A DNA stretch of 64,000 nucleotides. Origin: Chrysomallon squamiferum (taxonomy: Eukaryota; Animalia; Mollusca). A model generated the notes under the pieces. That model had not been told where the DNA came from. It was given only the letters and a program-made list of their open reading frames with translations, and ran no database searches. The position numbers and the translations under genes are program-made. The stretch covers positions 7,068,001-7,132,000 of the forward strand of contig CM022667.1 in the NCBI GenBank assembly GCA_012295275.1, given 5' to 3'. Shown piece after piece: positions 36,462 through 50,800 of the stretch (its first letter is position 1; every line of letters starts with the position of its first letter).

Positions 36462-39400
36462 AATTTTATTTGTGAAATAAAAATGTGTGCTTTCAGTATA
36501 AATAAATTAAAAAATAAAATATGACTGTCATTGTTACAAACACAAGAAACACTTATCTCAGTATTATCACAGTGTTAATATGAGAATTCTTGGACATTTG
36601 ACAATAGAAATGATATCTCACTTTGAACTTACACTTCACCTGACATTACAGGTGCAAAATATGTTTTATTTATACTCTATTATACAATAGCATTTCATGC
36701 ATCATAGTTTTCTTTTATACTTGTTTTTTTTATGTTAAACTAATCTACAATCAATAATATAATAAAAAAATAATATAAATTAATAATAATAACAATAATA
36801 TAAAATAATAACATAAAATAATAATTATTATTATAACAATAATAATAATAATATAAAATAATAACATAAAATAATTATTATTATAACAATAATAATAATA
36901 ACAACATAACAGTAATAATAATTACAATAACAACAACAGCAGCAACAACAACAATTGCAACAATAATAACAAAAATTTATATCACTGGATTCTCAGTTAT
37001 AATTAGAAAGTTAACATGCTGCTGTGTAAATTATCAATGCTAATATGGAGTTTTGTGACAGTGTTTGGTAAATCAATCACATGCACAAAAGATGAACTGG
37101 CAGTCATTATATCTCATAACTTGATTATATCACAGTGCTATACCTTCCTACTCTATAGTATATCTAGTTTATTTCACACTAGTATAACTTGATTATATCA
37201 CAGTGCTATAACTTCTTACTCTATAGTATATCTAGTTTATTTCACACTAGTATAACTTGTTTATTTCACACTAGTATAACCTGTTTATTTCATAGTAGTA
37301 TAACTTGTTTATTTCACACTAGTATAACTTATTTTGTTGATTTCTAAAAATGATTCTTAAATTTTTTATCCTTTTTTTTCTGTCAGATGAAGAACCAAAA
37401 AAGGTAAGTACATTTTTTCTTTATTGTTAAGGAAAAAGAAAAGATTAAATTATTTTTACGAGAGAACTATAAATGAAATAATTCAGGATATAAAAGTTAA
37501 ATCTTTTCTACCAAGATTAATCTTGTATTAAAACAACATTGATGATAATTAGATGTTTACTATTTGTAAAATGAATGCTGTTAATTTAAACTATTGCATT
37601 TGTCCCATAGATTCTTGAACCCCAAAAGTCAAGCATTTCAAAGTTGTCAATATTTAATACTTAAATATTCTTAAATTTCATAAAAATGTTTAAAAGTAAA
37701 AAAAAAAAAGTTGAAAAAAAAGAGAAAGAAAACTGATATAAACATGTGTTTGTGTTTAGCAAAGTTTATGTTGTAAACCTGCCATCGTGTAGAAAGCAGC
37801 ACTGAATGCAGTGGAGAAATCTGGGTTGACTGTCAGCCAGTCACTGCTCATTCTAAGAGTCCATAAAATCACGTGGATCTTGTCCTCAAAAGCTATTTAA
37901 AAAGTCCATAAATTTATGTTGACATTTTGTGTTTAGTGTATACATCAGTAATTTAGTAGAGAACTGAATAGAGAACAAAAGTGTGACAACAGACTGGTCA
38001 TGTCAGCTTTGTAATATCAAGCTGTATTTGAAAGAGAAAAATAAAATTTGTCATTTATGTGTGTGTGTAAGTGTGTGAGACTGTGTGTGTAAGTGTGTGT
38101 GTGTAAGTAAATATGTGTAAGTGTGTGTATATGTGTGTGTAAGTGTGTGTGTGTGTGTGTGTGTGTAGTGTGTGTGTATGTAAGTGTGTGTGTGTGTAAG
38201 TGTGTGTGAGTGTATAAGTGTGTGAGTATGTGTGTGTGTGAGTGTGTGTATGAGTGTGTGTGAGTCTGTGTGTGTAAGTACGTGTGTGTGTGTGTAAGTG
38301 TGTGTATGTGTGTGTAAGTGTGTGTGTGCATAAGAATGTGTGCGTGTGTCTAAGTGTGTGTATAAGAATGTGTGAAAGTGTGTGTGTAAGTATGTACGTG
38401 TAAGTGTGTGTGTAAGTATTTATGTGTAAGTGTGTGTATGTGTGTGTAAGTGTGTGTGCATAAGAATGTGTGCGTGTGTCTAAGTGTGTGTATAAGAATG
38501 TGAAAGTGTGTGTAAGTATGGTTTGTGTGTGTGTGTAACTGTGTGTATAAGTGTGTAGGTATGTGTGTGTTTGTGTAAGAATGTGTGTATGTGTGTGTGT
38601 AAGTATGGTTGTGTGTGTAAGTGTGTGTGTAACTGTGTGTATAAGTGTGTGTAGGTATGTGTGTGTGTTTGTGTAAGAATGTGTGTATGTATGACATTCA
38701 TCCTTACACAGATACCTTCGTAGAGCAGTGAAGAGTAGATAATAAAAGCTCAGTAAAACAGTCTTAATAGCATGTAATAATTTTTCATGCTGTTAAACAA
38801 CTTAAAGTTTCTGATATACACTGAAGTTAATGCTCAGACTGTGTGTTTTTTTTAAAAATGTACAGTTGTTGATTTATTTTCATTGTTTATTTTACATTCA
38901 AAGTTTTCATTTGACTACTCCTACTGGTCACACGATGGCTTCACTACGACGCCAGAAGGAATTCTTGAGCCTCTTCCTGGCTCAAACTACTCTAGTCAGC
39001 GAATGGTTTTTGATGACCTCGGCAAAGGCGTGCTCAACAACGCTTTTGAAGGTAAACTCTCATTTTAGTACATTTCTTTTCTTTTTACTGTTGTCAGAAA
39101 CTGGTGATGACTCTGAAATGTAGCTTTCCATTCTAAATGTAAACTGTGTAAAGGGTAACAGATTATTTACCTGTGATAAAAACAATGAACAAAATCACTG
39201 AAAAATCAACTAATTTATTTTATTTTATTTTATTTTCTGCATGAGAATGTTATGAGATAGTGAAAAGCAAACTGGCCTCTTTATTTCATTTTCTTTGATT
39301 TGTAATTTTACTGTCAGGACAAAATAGTGAGTGTTTAAAAAAAATGAAATAAATGATCTGTTTTCAGGGTACAACACGTCTCTGTTTGCTTATGGACAGA

Positions 39401-42400
39401 CCGGCTCAGGCAAATCATACTCCATGGTTGGCTATGGACCAAACAAGTAAGTCTGAATTATAGTGCAGTCACTAACTGTCAACCAGTCACTTAGTGATCA
39501 GTCACTACTTGACTTTACATACCATTCACTTAGTGATCAGTCACTACTTGACTTTACATACCATTCACTTAGTGATCAGTCACTACTTGACTTTACATAC
39601 CAGTTACTTAGTGATCAGTCACTACTTGACTTTATATACCATTCACTTAGTGATCAGTCACTACTTGACTTTACATACCATTCACTACTTGACTTTACAT
39701 ACCATTCACTTAGTGATCAGTCACTACTTGACTTTACATACCAGTTACTTAGTGATCGGTCACTACTTGACTTTACATACCATTCACTTAGTGATCGGTC
39801 ACTACTTGACTTTACATACCAGTTACTTAGTGATCAGTCACTACTTGACTTTACATACCAGTTACTTAGTGATCAGTCACTACTTGACTTTACATACCAG
39901 TCACTTAGTGATCAGTCTAGACATTACATATCACACATTTTATATTTAATTAATTTTCATGTTTCATTCATGTGAAACAAGCAGAAAAGAAGAAAATGTT
40001 GTATGAGTCACTAACAGTTACTATGACAACAGGAAATTTAAATGTTATAACAACAATGTACTAATATATCTTGTTATTGCTTTATACAAAATATATGTTA
40101 TAACAAAATATACTAAAAGTTATAAATCTTTATTGTTTACTACAAGTTATATTAAAAGTTATAAATTTTACTATTTACTACAAGATATATTAAAAATTAC
40201 AACACTTTATTATTTTTTTACAAAATATATTCTAAGTTTTTAACTAAATATATTAATTAAATTTGATATTTTTTAGGGGAATTGTTCCAATTACATGTGA
40301 TGAACTTTTCAAGGCAATTGAGAGAAACACAGATAAAAACAAGGTAAAAATAGTTTTATTTTTTAATTTCGTTGTTAAGTTTACAAATCTTCACTTTGTT
40401 ACTAAATCACTAATTGTTGTCTGTCATGCAATAAAACTAATTAGTTTCTAATACTCAGTCATAATTGCAGTGAAAAAGATCCATGAACCATAATTTACAC
40501 TTTTTCTTCAAAAACTCGGTGTTTAACTTAATGATTTGCTCTGTGTTAATTTTTACTTTCAGAGGTTTGAGGTGACATTTTCTATGTTAGAAATCTACAA
40601 TGAACAGGTGAGAGACTTGCTGACCAAGGACAACCCGAAGGGAGGGCTGCAGGTGAGGCAGAACCCCAAACTGGGCATGTTCTACGTGGAGAACCTGAAG
40701 AAAGTTCCTGTCGGAAGTTACAAAGAGATTGAGAAGAGGACAGAGCAAGGTAAACACACACATACATACATACATACAATACACACACACACATATCCAC
40801 ACACATGTCGGAAGTTACAAAGAGATTGAGAAGAGGACAGAACAAGGTAAACACACATACACACATACATACAATACACACACACACACACACACACATA
40901 CATACAATACACACACATACACATATACATACACACACATGTACACATATACATACAATATACACACAATATACATATATATATATACAAATATATATAC
41001 AAATACAGACATACATACACATATACATACAAATACACATACACATACACACATACATACAATACACACGTACACAAAATACACACACACATATACATAT
41101 ACATACAAATACGCACACAATGTATAGAATACTATAAATACTTTAAAAGTTGGAATGTGACAAAAGTTAAACATTTCTATATTTACATTAGTTTGTTCCT
41201 ACAGTAATCCAGATTTCCACTTGTCAATAAAATGTAAAAAAAATCACTGTTTTTAATAAAACGTAAATCTGTTTTTAGTCAAATGTAAATCTGTTTTTGT
41301 CAGGAACTGCAAGCAGGACGGTGGCATCAACTCAGATGAATGCAACGAGCAGCCGAGCGCACACTGTGGTGACAATCACCTTCGACCAGATCATCAAAAC
41401 AGACAACGGCGAAACAAAGAAATCCAGCACAATGAATCTTGTTGATTTAGCAGGTAACTCTAGAAAATATTTTTTATTTTACCAGAGGTTAATAATGTTA
41501 ATAATGAAGTACAATTACATGTAGTTAAATGATTTTAATTTACAGACTGAGGTTAATGTTGATGTTGGTGTGTGTGTGATTTTAATTTGCAGACTGAGGT
41601 TAATGTTGATGTTAATGTTGAGGTTGGTGTGTGTGTGATTTTAATTTACAGACTGAGGTTAATGTTGATGTTAATGTTGAGGTTGGTGTGTGTGTGATTT
41701 TAATTTATAGACTGAGGTTAATGTTGAGGTTAATGTTGAGGTTGGTGTGTGTGTGATTTTAATTTATAAACTGAGGTTAATGTTGAGGTTGGTGTGTATG
41801 TGAAATGTACTAAAACTATTTTCACTGTTTTAGGTTCTGAGCGGGCAGACAGCACAGGAGCCACAGGAGACAGGTTAAAAGAAGGAGCCAACATCAACAG
41901 GTCTTTGTCAGCACTCGGCAACGTCATTTCTGTAAGTTCAATAACTACAACACTCCCTAACCTGTTTGCTAACCAATGTTCATTTTCCTTAAACATCATT
42001 TCATTTTGAAAGTTATTTTCACCACAGTGACAACATCCTACATTTTCAGAATAGTTGATATTAATACATAAAGCTAACAATGATAGTTAACAACTCTAAG
42101 TTTTAAATTGACACAAAACTTTTTACATTTTTGTTTCAGGCTCTGGCTGATCAATCGATGGGCAAAAAGAAAGTTTTAGTTCCTTACAGATTCTGTTCTT
42201 ACCGAGGTAACAGGTGAGTTACCAAGCTGTTACAAAACGCTTTGGGAGGTAACAGGTGAGTTACAAGCTGTTACAGAACGCTTTGGGAGGTAACAGGTGA
42301 GTTACAAGCTGTTACAGAACGCTTTGGGAGGTAACAGGTGAGTTACAAGCTGTTACAGAACACTTTGGGAGGTAACAGGTGAGTTACATGCTGTTACAGA

Positions 42401-45400
42401 ACACTTTGGGAAGAGAAAAGTTCATGGTAATTGTTCTGGTACAAGTTGTAAAACCTAGAGAAAAGAGTTTATTTTTCATTTTAAACTGCAATGTTTTGTA
42501 TTTTTTATTTTAAACTGCAATGTTTTGTATTTTTTATTTTAAACTGCAATGTTTTGTATTTTTCATTTTAAACTGCAATGTTTTGTATTTTTTATTTTAA
42601 ACTGCAATGTTTTGTATTTTTCAGTAAAACGATAATGATAGCTGCTCTGTCGCCTGCTGACATCAACTACGACGAGACGCTGTCAACACTGCGCTATGCT
42701 GACCGAGCAAAGAAGATCAAGAACCAAGCAGTGATCAATGAAAACCCGCTGGACAAGCTGATCCGCGAACTCAAGGTTTGATCCTTTAAACACAGCGTTC
42801 ACTTTACATGTTGTTGTGTTGATGTATGTTTTAAACTCTGTATCACAGTTCTAATGTAATGATGTTGTTGTTGGTGATGCAGGAGGAGAATGAGAAGCTG
42901 AGGAAGGCGTTGGAAGCAGGGGGCATGATTGGCACTGAGGCTGCTGGTCTTTCTCCAGAAGGTAAATCTACGTTTCCACTTGTCTAGTTATTAATTACAT
43001 TACAGTCTGTAACGTGAGTTGACCTCATTTCTGTGTCACCCTGACATCAAAGAGATTCTAGTGTAATTAGTGCAGGTGACAAATCTGTGTGTATGAATAT
43101 CGGCTACAAGCGTTTTTTATTTTCGAAAGTTATAAACACATAATAATTTAGATAATTAAACCAAACTAATTAGTAATAATAATGATAATGATAATAATAA
43201 TAATAAAATTCTGTTATTTGTTGTGAAAGTGAGTTAAGTTATGTACTTGAAATGACAGACATGGAGAAGATGAGAAGAGAGATGGAAGAACAGATTCGCA
43301 GTCAACTTCTCGCAAACCAGCAGATGTTGAATGAGAATGTGCAGGACTGGGACGAAAAAGTAAACTTTTTGATTTTTATTTAATAACACACACTGACACA
43401 CACACAGAGACACACTCACACAGAGACACACACACAGAGACACACTCACACAGACACACTCACACAGACACACTCAGACAGAGACACACTCACACAGATC
43501 ACAGAATAGACATACATACAGACAGTCTGTAAAAGTTAGGAAGGAGTCACATTATTAGATAAATATATATTTAGTATGTGACTGTTAAGTTAGAAATTTT
43601 GTTTCAGATGTTTACATATTTAAATTATATTAATATGAATTTATCCTGTCTTTATTCAGGAAAAGTTTGTGTTGTACTTTTAAACTTTATTTTTAATTGT
43701 ATTTATAATGTAAAACTGATGTGTTTTATTTGTAATGTAAAATTGATGTGTTTTATTTGTAATGTAAAACTGATGTGTTTTATTTTTAATGTAAAACTGA
43801 TCTGTTTTATTTCTAATGTAAAAACAGATGTGTTTTATTTCTAATGTAAAACTAATGTGTTTCATTTCTAATGTAAAATCAGCTGTCTGCAGCAAGGAGT
43901 GAGACAAATGCAATAGAACAGGAGGAGTCGAAGGAGATCCTGAAGAGAAAGTCTGTTCCTCATCTGAAAAACCTCAACGAGGATCCCATGTTGTCAGGTG
44001 TCATCTACCACTTCCTCGACGCCAGCATGACAGCTGTGGGCAGGAAAGACGCAAACCCACTTCCCAGTATTTGTCTTAGTGGACTGAGGTAACTACAACA
44101 CCTTACACAACACCACAATAATATTTGACAGTTATTAAAAATAATATTTGACACTTATTAAAAATAATATTTTGACAGTTATTAAAAATAATATTTGACA
44201 GTTATTAAAAATAATATTTGACAGTTATTAATGTTTAATATTTTTCAGTATTCAGAAGCAGCACTGTGTGTTATACAACAACAAGGGGGTGATAGAGATT
44301 GAGCCTGTGGGGGGTTCTGCTGCTAAAACTAAAGTGAACGGGATGCCACTTGTAGCCAAACGCGTCCTCACCAACAAAGACAGAGTGCTTTTTGGTTAGT
44401 ATGTTAGTTTTTACATGTATGTGTAGAGACAGAGTGCTTTTTGGTTAGTATGTTAGTGTTTACATGTATGTGTAGAGAGACAGAGTGCTTTTTGGTTAGT
44501 ATGTTAGTTTTTACATGTATGTGTAGAGACAGAGTGCTTTTTGGTTAGTATGTTAGTTTTTACATGTATGTGTAGAGACAGAGTGCTTTTTTAGTTAGTA
44601 TGTTAGTGTTTACATGTATGTGTAGAGAGACAGAGTGCTTTTGGTTAGTATGTTAGTTTTTACATGTATGTGTAGAGACAGAGTGCTTTTTGGTTAGTAT
44701 GTTAGTTTTTACATGTATGTGTAGAGACAGAGTGCTTTTTGGTTAGTATGTTAGTGTTTACATGTATGTGTAGAGAGACAGAGTGCTTTTTGGTTAGTAT
44801 GTTAGTTTTTACATGTATGTGTAGAGACAGAGTGCTTTTTGGTTAGTATGTTAGTTTTTACATGTATGTGTAGAGACAGAGTGCTTTTTGGTTAGTATGT
44901 TAGTTTTTACATGTATGTGTAGAGACAGAGTGCTTTTTGGTTAGTATGTTAGTTTTACATGTATGTGTAGAGAGACAGAGTGCTTTTTGGTTAGTATGTT
45001 AGTTTTTACATGTATGTGTAGAGACAGAGTGCTTTTTTTAGTTAGTATGTTAGTTTTTACATGTATGTGTAGAGACAGAGTGCTTTTTGGTTAGTATGTT
45101 AGTTTTTACATGTATGTGTAGAGACAGAGTGCTTTTTGGTTAGTATGTTAGTTTTTACATGTATGTGTAGAGAGACAGAGTGCTTTTTGGTTAGTATGTT
45201 AGTTTTTACATGTATGTGTAGAGAGACAGTGCTTTTTGGTTAGTATGTTAGTTTATACATGTATGTGTAGAGAGACAGAGTGCTTTTTGGTTAGTGTCTT
45301 TGTTTTTACATGTATGTTTAGAGAGAGACACACAGAGAGGCAGGCAGATAGATAGATATAATTGATCTATTTCAGGTTCTAATCATCTGTATGTGTACAT

Positions 45401-47430
45401 AAACCCACTGAAGGACGATGCTCCTAAAGATCTACCTAAAGAAATAACCTGGGAGTTCGCACAGAAAGAAATCGCTCAAGCTAAAGGCTTTGCCACTGGA
45501 TCGTCAGAAATGTCAAAAGGTTTGTTTCTTTGTTTGTTCTTTTTGTATATTTTTTTTTTATTAATTTTAATTTTTAATTTAATAAAATAAGTAATAATAA
45601 TAATTTTTATTTTATTATATTATTTATTATTATTATTATTTATATTTTCATTTATTTATTTATTTATTTATTATTATTATTTTGTTGTTGTTGTTTTTAA
45701 CTTGGCTTGTCTGTTTTAAATTAATGCTCAAAAAAGTAAATAAATAAAGAAGAGTTCTATGTTGTTTACAGAGCAGCAAATAGCTCAAGAGCAGATTCTG
45801 GAGATTCTGCCGATGGTGTCTGAGGTGAACGCAGTGTCTGAGGAGTTGAACAAGTACAAGTCCTTCGAAGTCGTCCTCATATCAGCAGCCGCACAGGAAG
45901 GCCTGACTCCCTCGAAAAACACCAGGTTTGTAACACATGTCTTATTACACATTCAGATAAGTGGAAAAACACCAGGTTTGTACAGTGCAATACATGTCTT
46001 ATTACACATTCAGATAAGTGGAAAAATACCAGGTTTGTAATACATGTCTTATTACACATTCAGATAAGTGGAAAAACACCAGGTTTGTACAGTGTAACAC
46101 ATGTGTAACACACAGTTTTATTTCTTTGTTACATATTCAGATAAGTTTGTTATTTAACACATACTTGTTTTTATTTGGATTTTTTTCTATTTCATTAAAA
46201 TATTTTTATTTTATAGTTGTTCTTTTTAAGTAGTGCATTTTGGAAAATTAAATTGCAGTCATTTTTCACTGAAATATTTTGCTTTTCTTTTTAAAATTAT
46301 TTATTTTACAGTATTACGTTAAAAGTTTCAAGAAATCTGCTTTATAACAATATTATCAATTATTATTGATTTTTAGAAATTATTTCACATTTTACACTAC
46401 AATGTATTTGTGTGAAAACATCTAAGTGTAGTAACCAATGTTTGTGTAAGCACAGTGTCTTGTGTTTTTATTGGTAGTTTCTTTGGGAGAAAGAAAAAAA
46501 CTGACCAATCGAGGTAAACAACATGGGTTGCCGTGACACTCTTTCCTCACTAGACTTTCAAGTTGTTTTTTATTACTGTTATTATTTTAAAAAAATAATA
46601 ATAATAATTTTATGGTTTTTTCAAGAGCTTGTTTTCCCTTTAAACTTTAAAATTTTAATTTATTATAGTGCTAAGAAACATTTTTTAATTTATTTGATTT
46701 TCTGCTGAATTTTTAGCTTTGCATGGTTGTCATGACAAAAGTTTTGCAATTTTTAGTTTCTCAGTTGTTGAACATTAAACATTTTATTTACAGGTAACAA
46801 GAGGCAGAAACTTGACTTCAAACAATCATTTTGTCTTTTTATTTTCCTCAACTTATTTTTACTTTTTCAACAAAATTCACTCAAATGTGATATTCCACTC
46901 CCCCCAGTAACCATAAACAGCCACAAATGTTTGAATATCACATTGTTTGCTGTGAAATCTTTTTCACTTTTCTTTTCACATTTTAAATATTTTCCTTCTT
47001 CTTGTGTAATCATTGGTCTATTTCACATTTTAATTTTTAAATTTTTGTTTGTTTTAGAAGCATTGATCTGTTTAACTTTTTAATGAGTGAATTTATTCAA
47101 AATACAAATACATGATAGAGTCTGCATAAACAGTGTAACAAATGTAACAAGTGTAACATAAACAGTGTAACAAATGTCATATTTTATATTACAGCTGTTA
47201 TAAAGTACAGTAGGTATTGTGTGGGGTGTGATAACAACTGTATATCTATTTTATGCTACTATTATAAGTAGTGCAGTACTAAATACTAGACAAGAAGTGA
47301 ATACATTTGAAACTCAGAAATAATACAACATATTTTAAATTGTTAGCTGATGTGAGGAAACACTTTTAAATATTAACAAAATAACAACTTGTAAACAAAC
47401 ATATAACTAATAAGTAATATAATATTAACT

Positions 47431-47479
<49 letters not shown>

Positions 47480-47755
47480 GGTGAGTGTGTGTGTGGGGGG
47501 GGGTGTTTTTGTTTGTGTAACTGTAACCTAAATTAAAAAGGCTTAACTAAATTACTATTTACATTAACAAATTTAAACAGTTGCATACCACTCCACATAA
47601 AACAGTTTTCAGTAAAATATACCTCTCTGTCTGTTTGTCTCTGTCTGTCTCTATGTCAGTGTCTCTGAGTTACTCATTCAATTTAGCAGACTGACACTGA
47701 CATTCATAAAGAGAAATAGAGACACAAGACATGTATACATCAAAAACATCATTAT

Positions 47756-47805
<50 letters not shown>

Positions 47806-50800
47806 CCACTACATTGTTGAGATTTAAAAACACCTAATGTTTGTTTACATCTTGTTTGAATGACATATTTTACAAGAGGTTAAAAGTTTCAGTTACTTTG
47901 AAATTACCTGTCAAGTCATTTTTTATGTGTGTTTTGTTACACTTTTACTTAAGACTAAATATATAAGCTTTTATCTGTATTTTTATTATACCTTTACTTA
48001 AACCTAGATATATACATGTTTACCTTTGTGTTTTTTTTTATCATACCTATGCTTAAAATTTGATGTGTAGATTTTTACCTGTGTTTTATCATACCTTTAC
48101 TTAAAACTAGATATGAAAATTTTTACCTGTGTTTTATTACACCTTTACTTAAAATTAGATATATACATTTTTACCTGTGTTTTTATTATACCTTTACTTT
48201 AAACTTGATTCATTATTGAATTGTTTTTCAGTCATTTAGAAGATTTTTAAGGACAGATTATTTTAAAAGCTTTTATTGTTTTTGAAGTTAATAAAAGTAA
48301 TTAAATTAAGTGATATTAAAACTGTAATTTTTAACAAGATGTTTAGAAATGAATGTTTTAAAAATATCAGAATGTGATTATTTTTAAAGGATTTTAACAA
48401 TTTCATATTTAAAATGTATTAAAAAGTAATTGTTCTAAGATTTAAAAGTGATTGTTAAAAAGATATTAAAAAGTGATTGCTTTAAAAAATAAAAAAAATA
48501 TTGTTTTAAATAATATTAAGCCATAGCTTTAAAGATACTAGAAGATATTAGTTTAAAATGTATTAAAAAGTGATTGTTTTAAAAGATATTAAAATTGATT
48601 ATTATAAACCATATTAAAAGTGATTATTATAAATGATATTAAAAGTGATTATTATAAACCATATTAAAAGTGGTTATTATAAACAATATCGAAAGTGATT
48701 GTTTTAAATATATTATAAAGTAATCATTATAAAAAATATTAAAAGTGATTATTATAAAAAATATTAAAAGTGATTATTATAAAAGATATTAAAAGTGATT
48801 ATTATGTTTTGTTGTCTACTGAAGAAAGGAGGAGGAAATGTCTGTGAGGTATGGTACATATTACATCTCTGTCTTATAACCCTTGTTATGTATTTATCTG
48901 TTTATTATGGTACATATTACATCTCTGTTTCATAACCCTTTGTTATTTATCTATTATTTGTTTATTTATCTGTTTATTTATCTGTTTATTATGGTACATA
49001 TTACCTCTCTGTCTTATAACCCTTTGTTATTTATCTATTATTTATTTATTTATCTGTTTATTTATCTGTTTATTATGGTACATATTACATCTCTGTCTTA
49101 TAACCCTTGTTATGTATTTATCTGTTTATTATGGTACATATTACATCTCTGTCTTATAACCCTTGTTATGTATTTATCTGTTTATTATGGTACATATTAC
49201 ATCTCTGTCTTATAACCCTTGTTATGTATTTATCTGTTTATTATGGTACATATTACATCTCTGTCTTATAACCCTTGTTATGTATTTATCTGTTTATTAT
49301 GGTACATATTACATCTCTGTCTTATAACCCTTGTTATGTATTTATCTGTTTATTATGGTACATATTACATCTCTGTCTTATAACCCTTGTTATGTATTTA
49401 TCTGTTTATTATGGTACATATTACATCTCTGTTTTATAACCCTTGTTATTTATCTATTTATCTGTTTATTATGGTACATATTTCCTCTCTGTCTCATAAA
49501 CCCCTTATTATTTATCTATTATTTATTTATTTATCTGTTTATATATCTGTTTATTATGGTACATATTACATCTGTGTCTCATACACTCCTTATTATTTAT
49601 TTATTTATTTATCTATTTATTAATTTATTTATCTGTTTATTTATTTATTTATTTATCTATTTATTTATTTATTTATCTATTTATTTATCTATTTATCTGT
49701 TTATTTATCTGTTTATTTATCTATTTATTTATCTGCTTATTATGGCACATATTACATCTCTGTCTCATACACTCCTTGTTATTTATTTATTTATCTATTT
49801 ATTTATCTGTTTATTTATCTATCTATTTATCTGTTTATTATGGTATATATTACATCTGTCTCATACACCATACACCCCTTGTCTTTATTTATTTATCTAT
49901 TTATTTATTTATTTTTATTTTTATTTTTTCTTATTTATTTAGCTGTTAACAAATATGATTGTAATAAAAAGAAACTCAGTGTGTAATTGTTATAAACTTG
50001 TGAAAAATCATTAGTTTTGTGTTTACACGTTTCTTGTTGTCATATAACACTTGTGTAAAGTGATATTTAACAGAAAATTCCTTTGTCAAGTGAGAGCTGT
50101 AAATATTAACATATGAAATGAGTTCAATCCTTTATTTCTCACTTATTTTTCCCAATCTGCCCAACATGTCCATGCATGTTGCTTACAAAAATGACAGATT
50201 CAGTTTGTTAAATGTTTCATCTTCTAAACTAATCAGCAAGTTCTTATTCCTCAATCATACATTTCATTGTTCAAATTGATGTCTTCTTTTTTAATTTTAT
50301 AAACAACATTTCTTTATTTATTTATTTATTTATTGTATAATTTTATTATTATTATTATTTATTTTTTATTATTATTATTATTTTTTTATTATTATTATTA
50401 TTATTTTTTTGCATGTACATCAATAAATTATTATTGTTATCAATTTTAACAACTTTATGTTAACTGGTTTTATAAGTCTGTGTTTTATGTGTGTTATACC
50501 TAGTTAGTTAATTTTGCACGTTCATAAAACGTTTTAATGAGAATGTTTAATATAATTTAAACATACTGTGTACAGTAACTAAGTAGAAGTAGAATACTGC
50601 TGTTATTAAACATGTTATTATAAACTCTAATTGTGATGCTGCAATCAGTGAAAGTGCCACGTTTAGGTAAAGTTTTACTTCTGGTTGCTGTCCCTGCTTC
50701 GTCCAGTCTCTGCAGACCTTGCATGATTTGCTTTGTTTCTTCTTCTTCAGATACAACAGTTTTCACACCTAGGAAAGAAGAATGATAGAAATACATTTAA

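Noticed and set aside
39463-39975. 170-aa and 151-aa repetitive ORFs
   Set aside because: Produced by an intronic 39-bp minisatellite.
42215-42217. In-frame TGA as selenocysteine or read-through
   Set aside because: It lies inside inserted repeat sequence in a locally frameshifted segment, not at a conserved Cys position.
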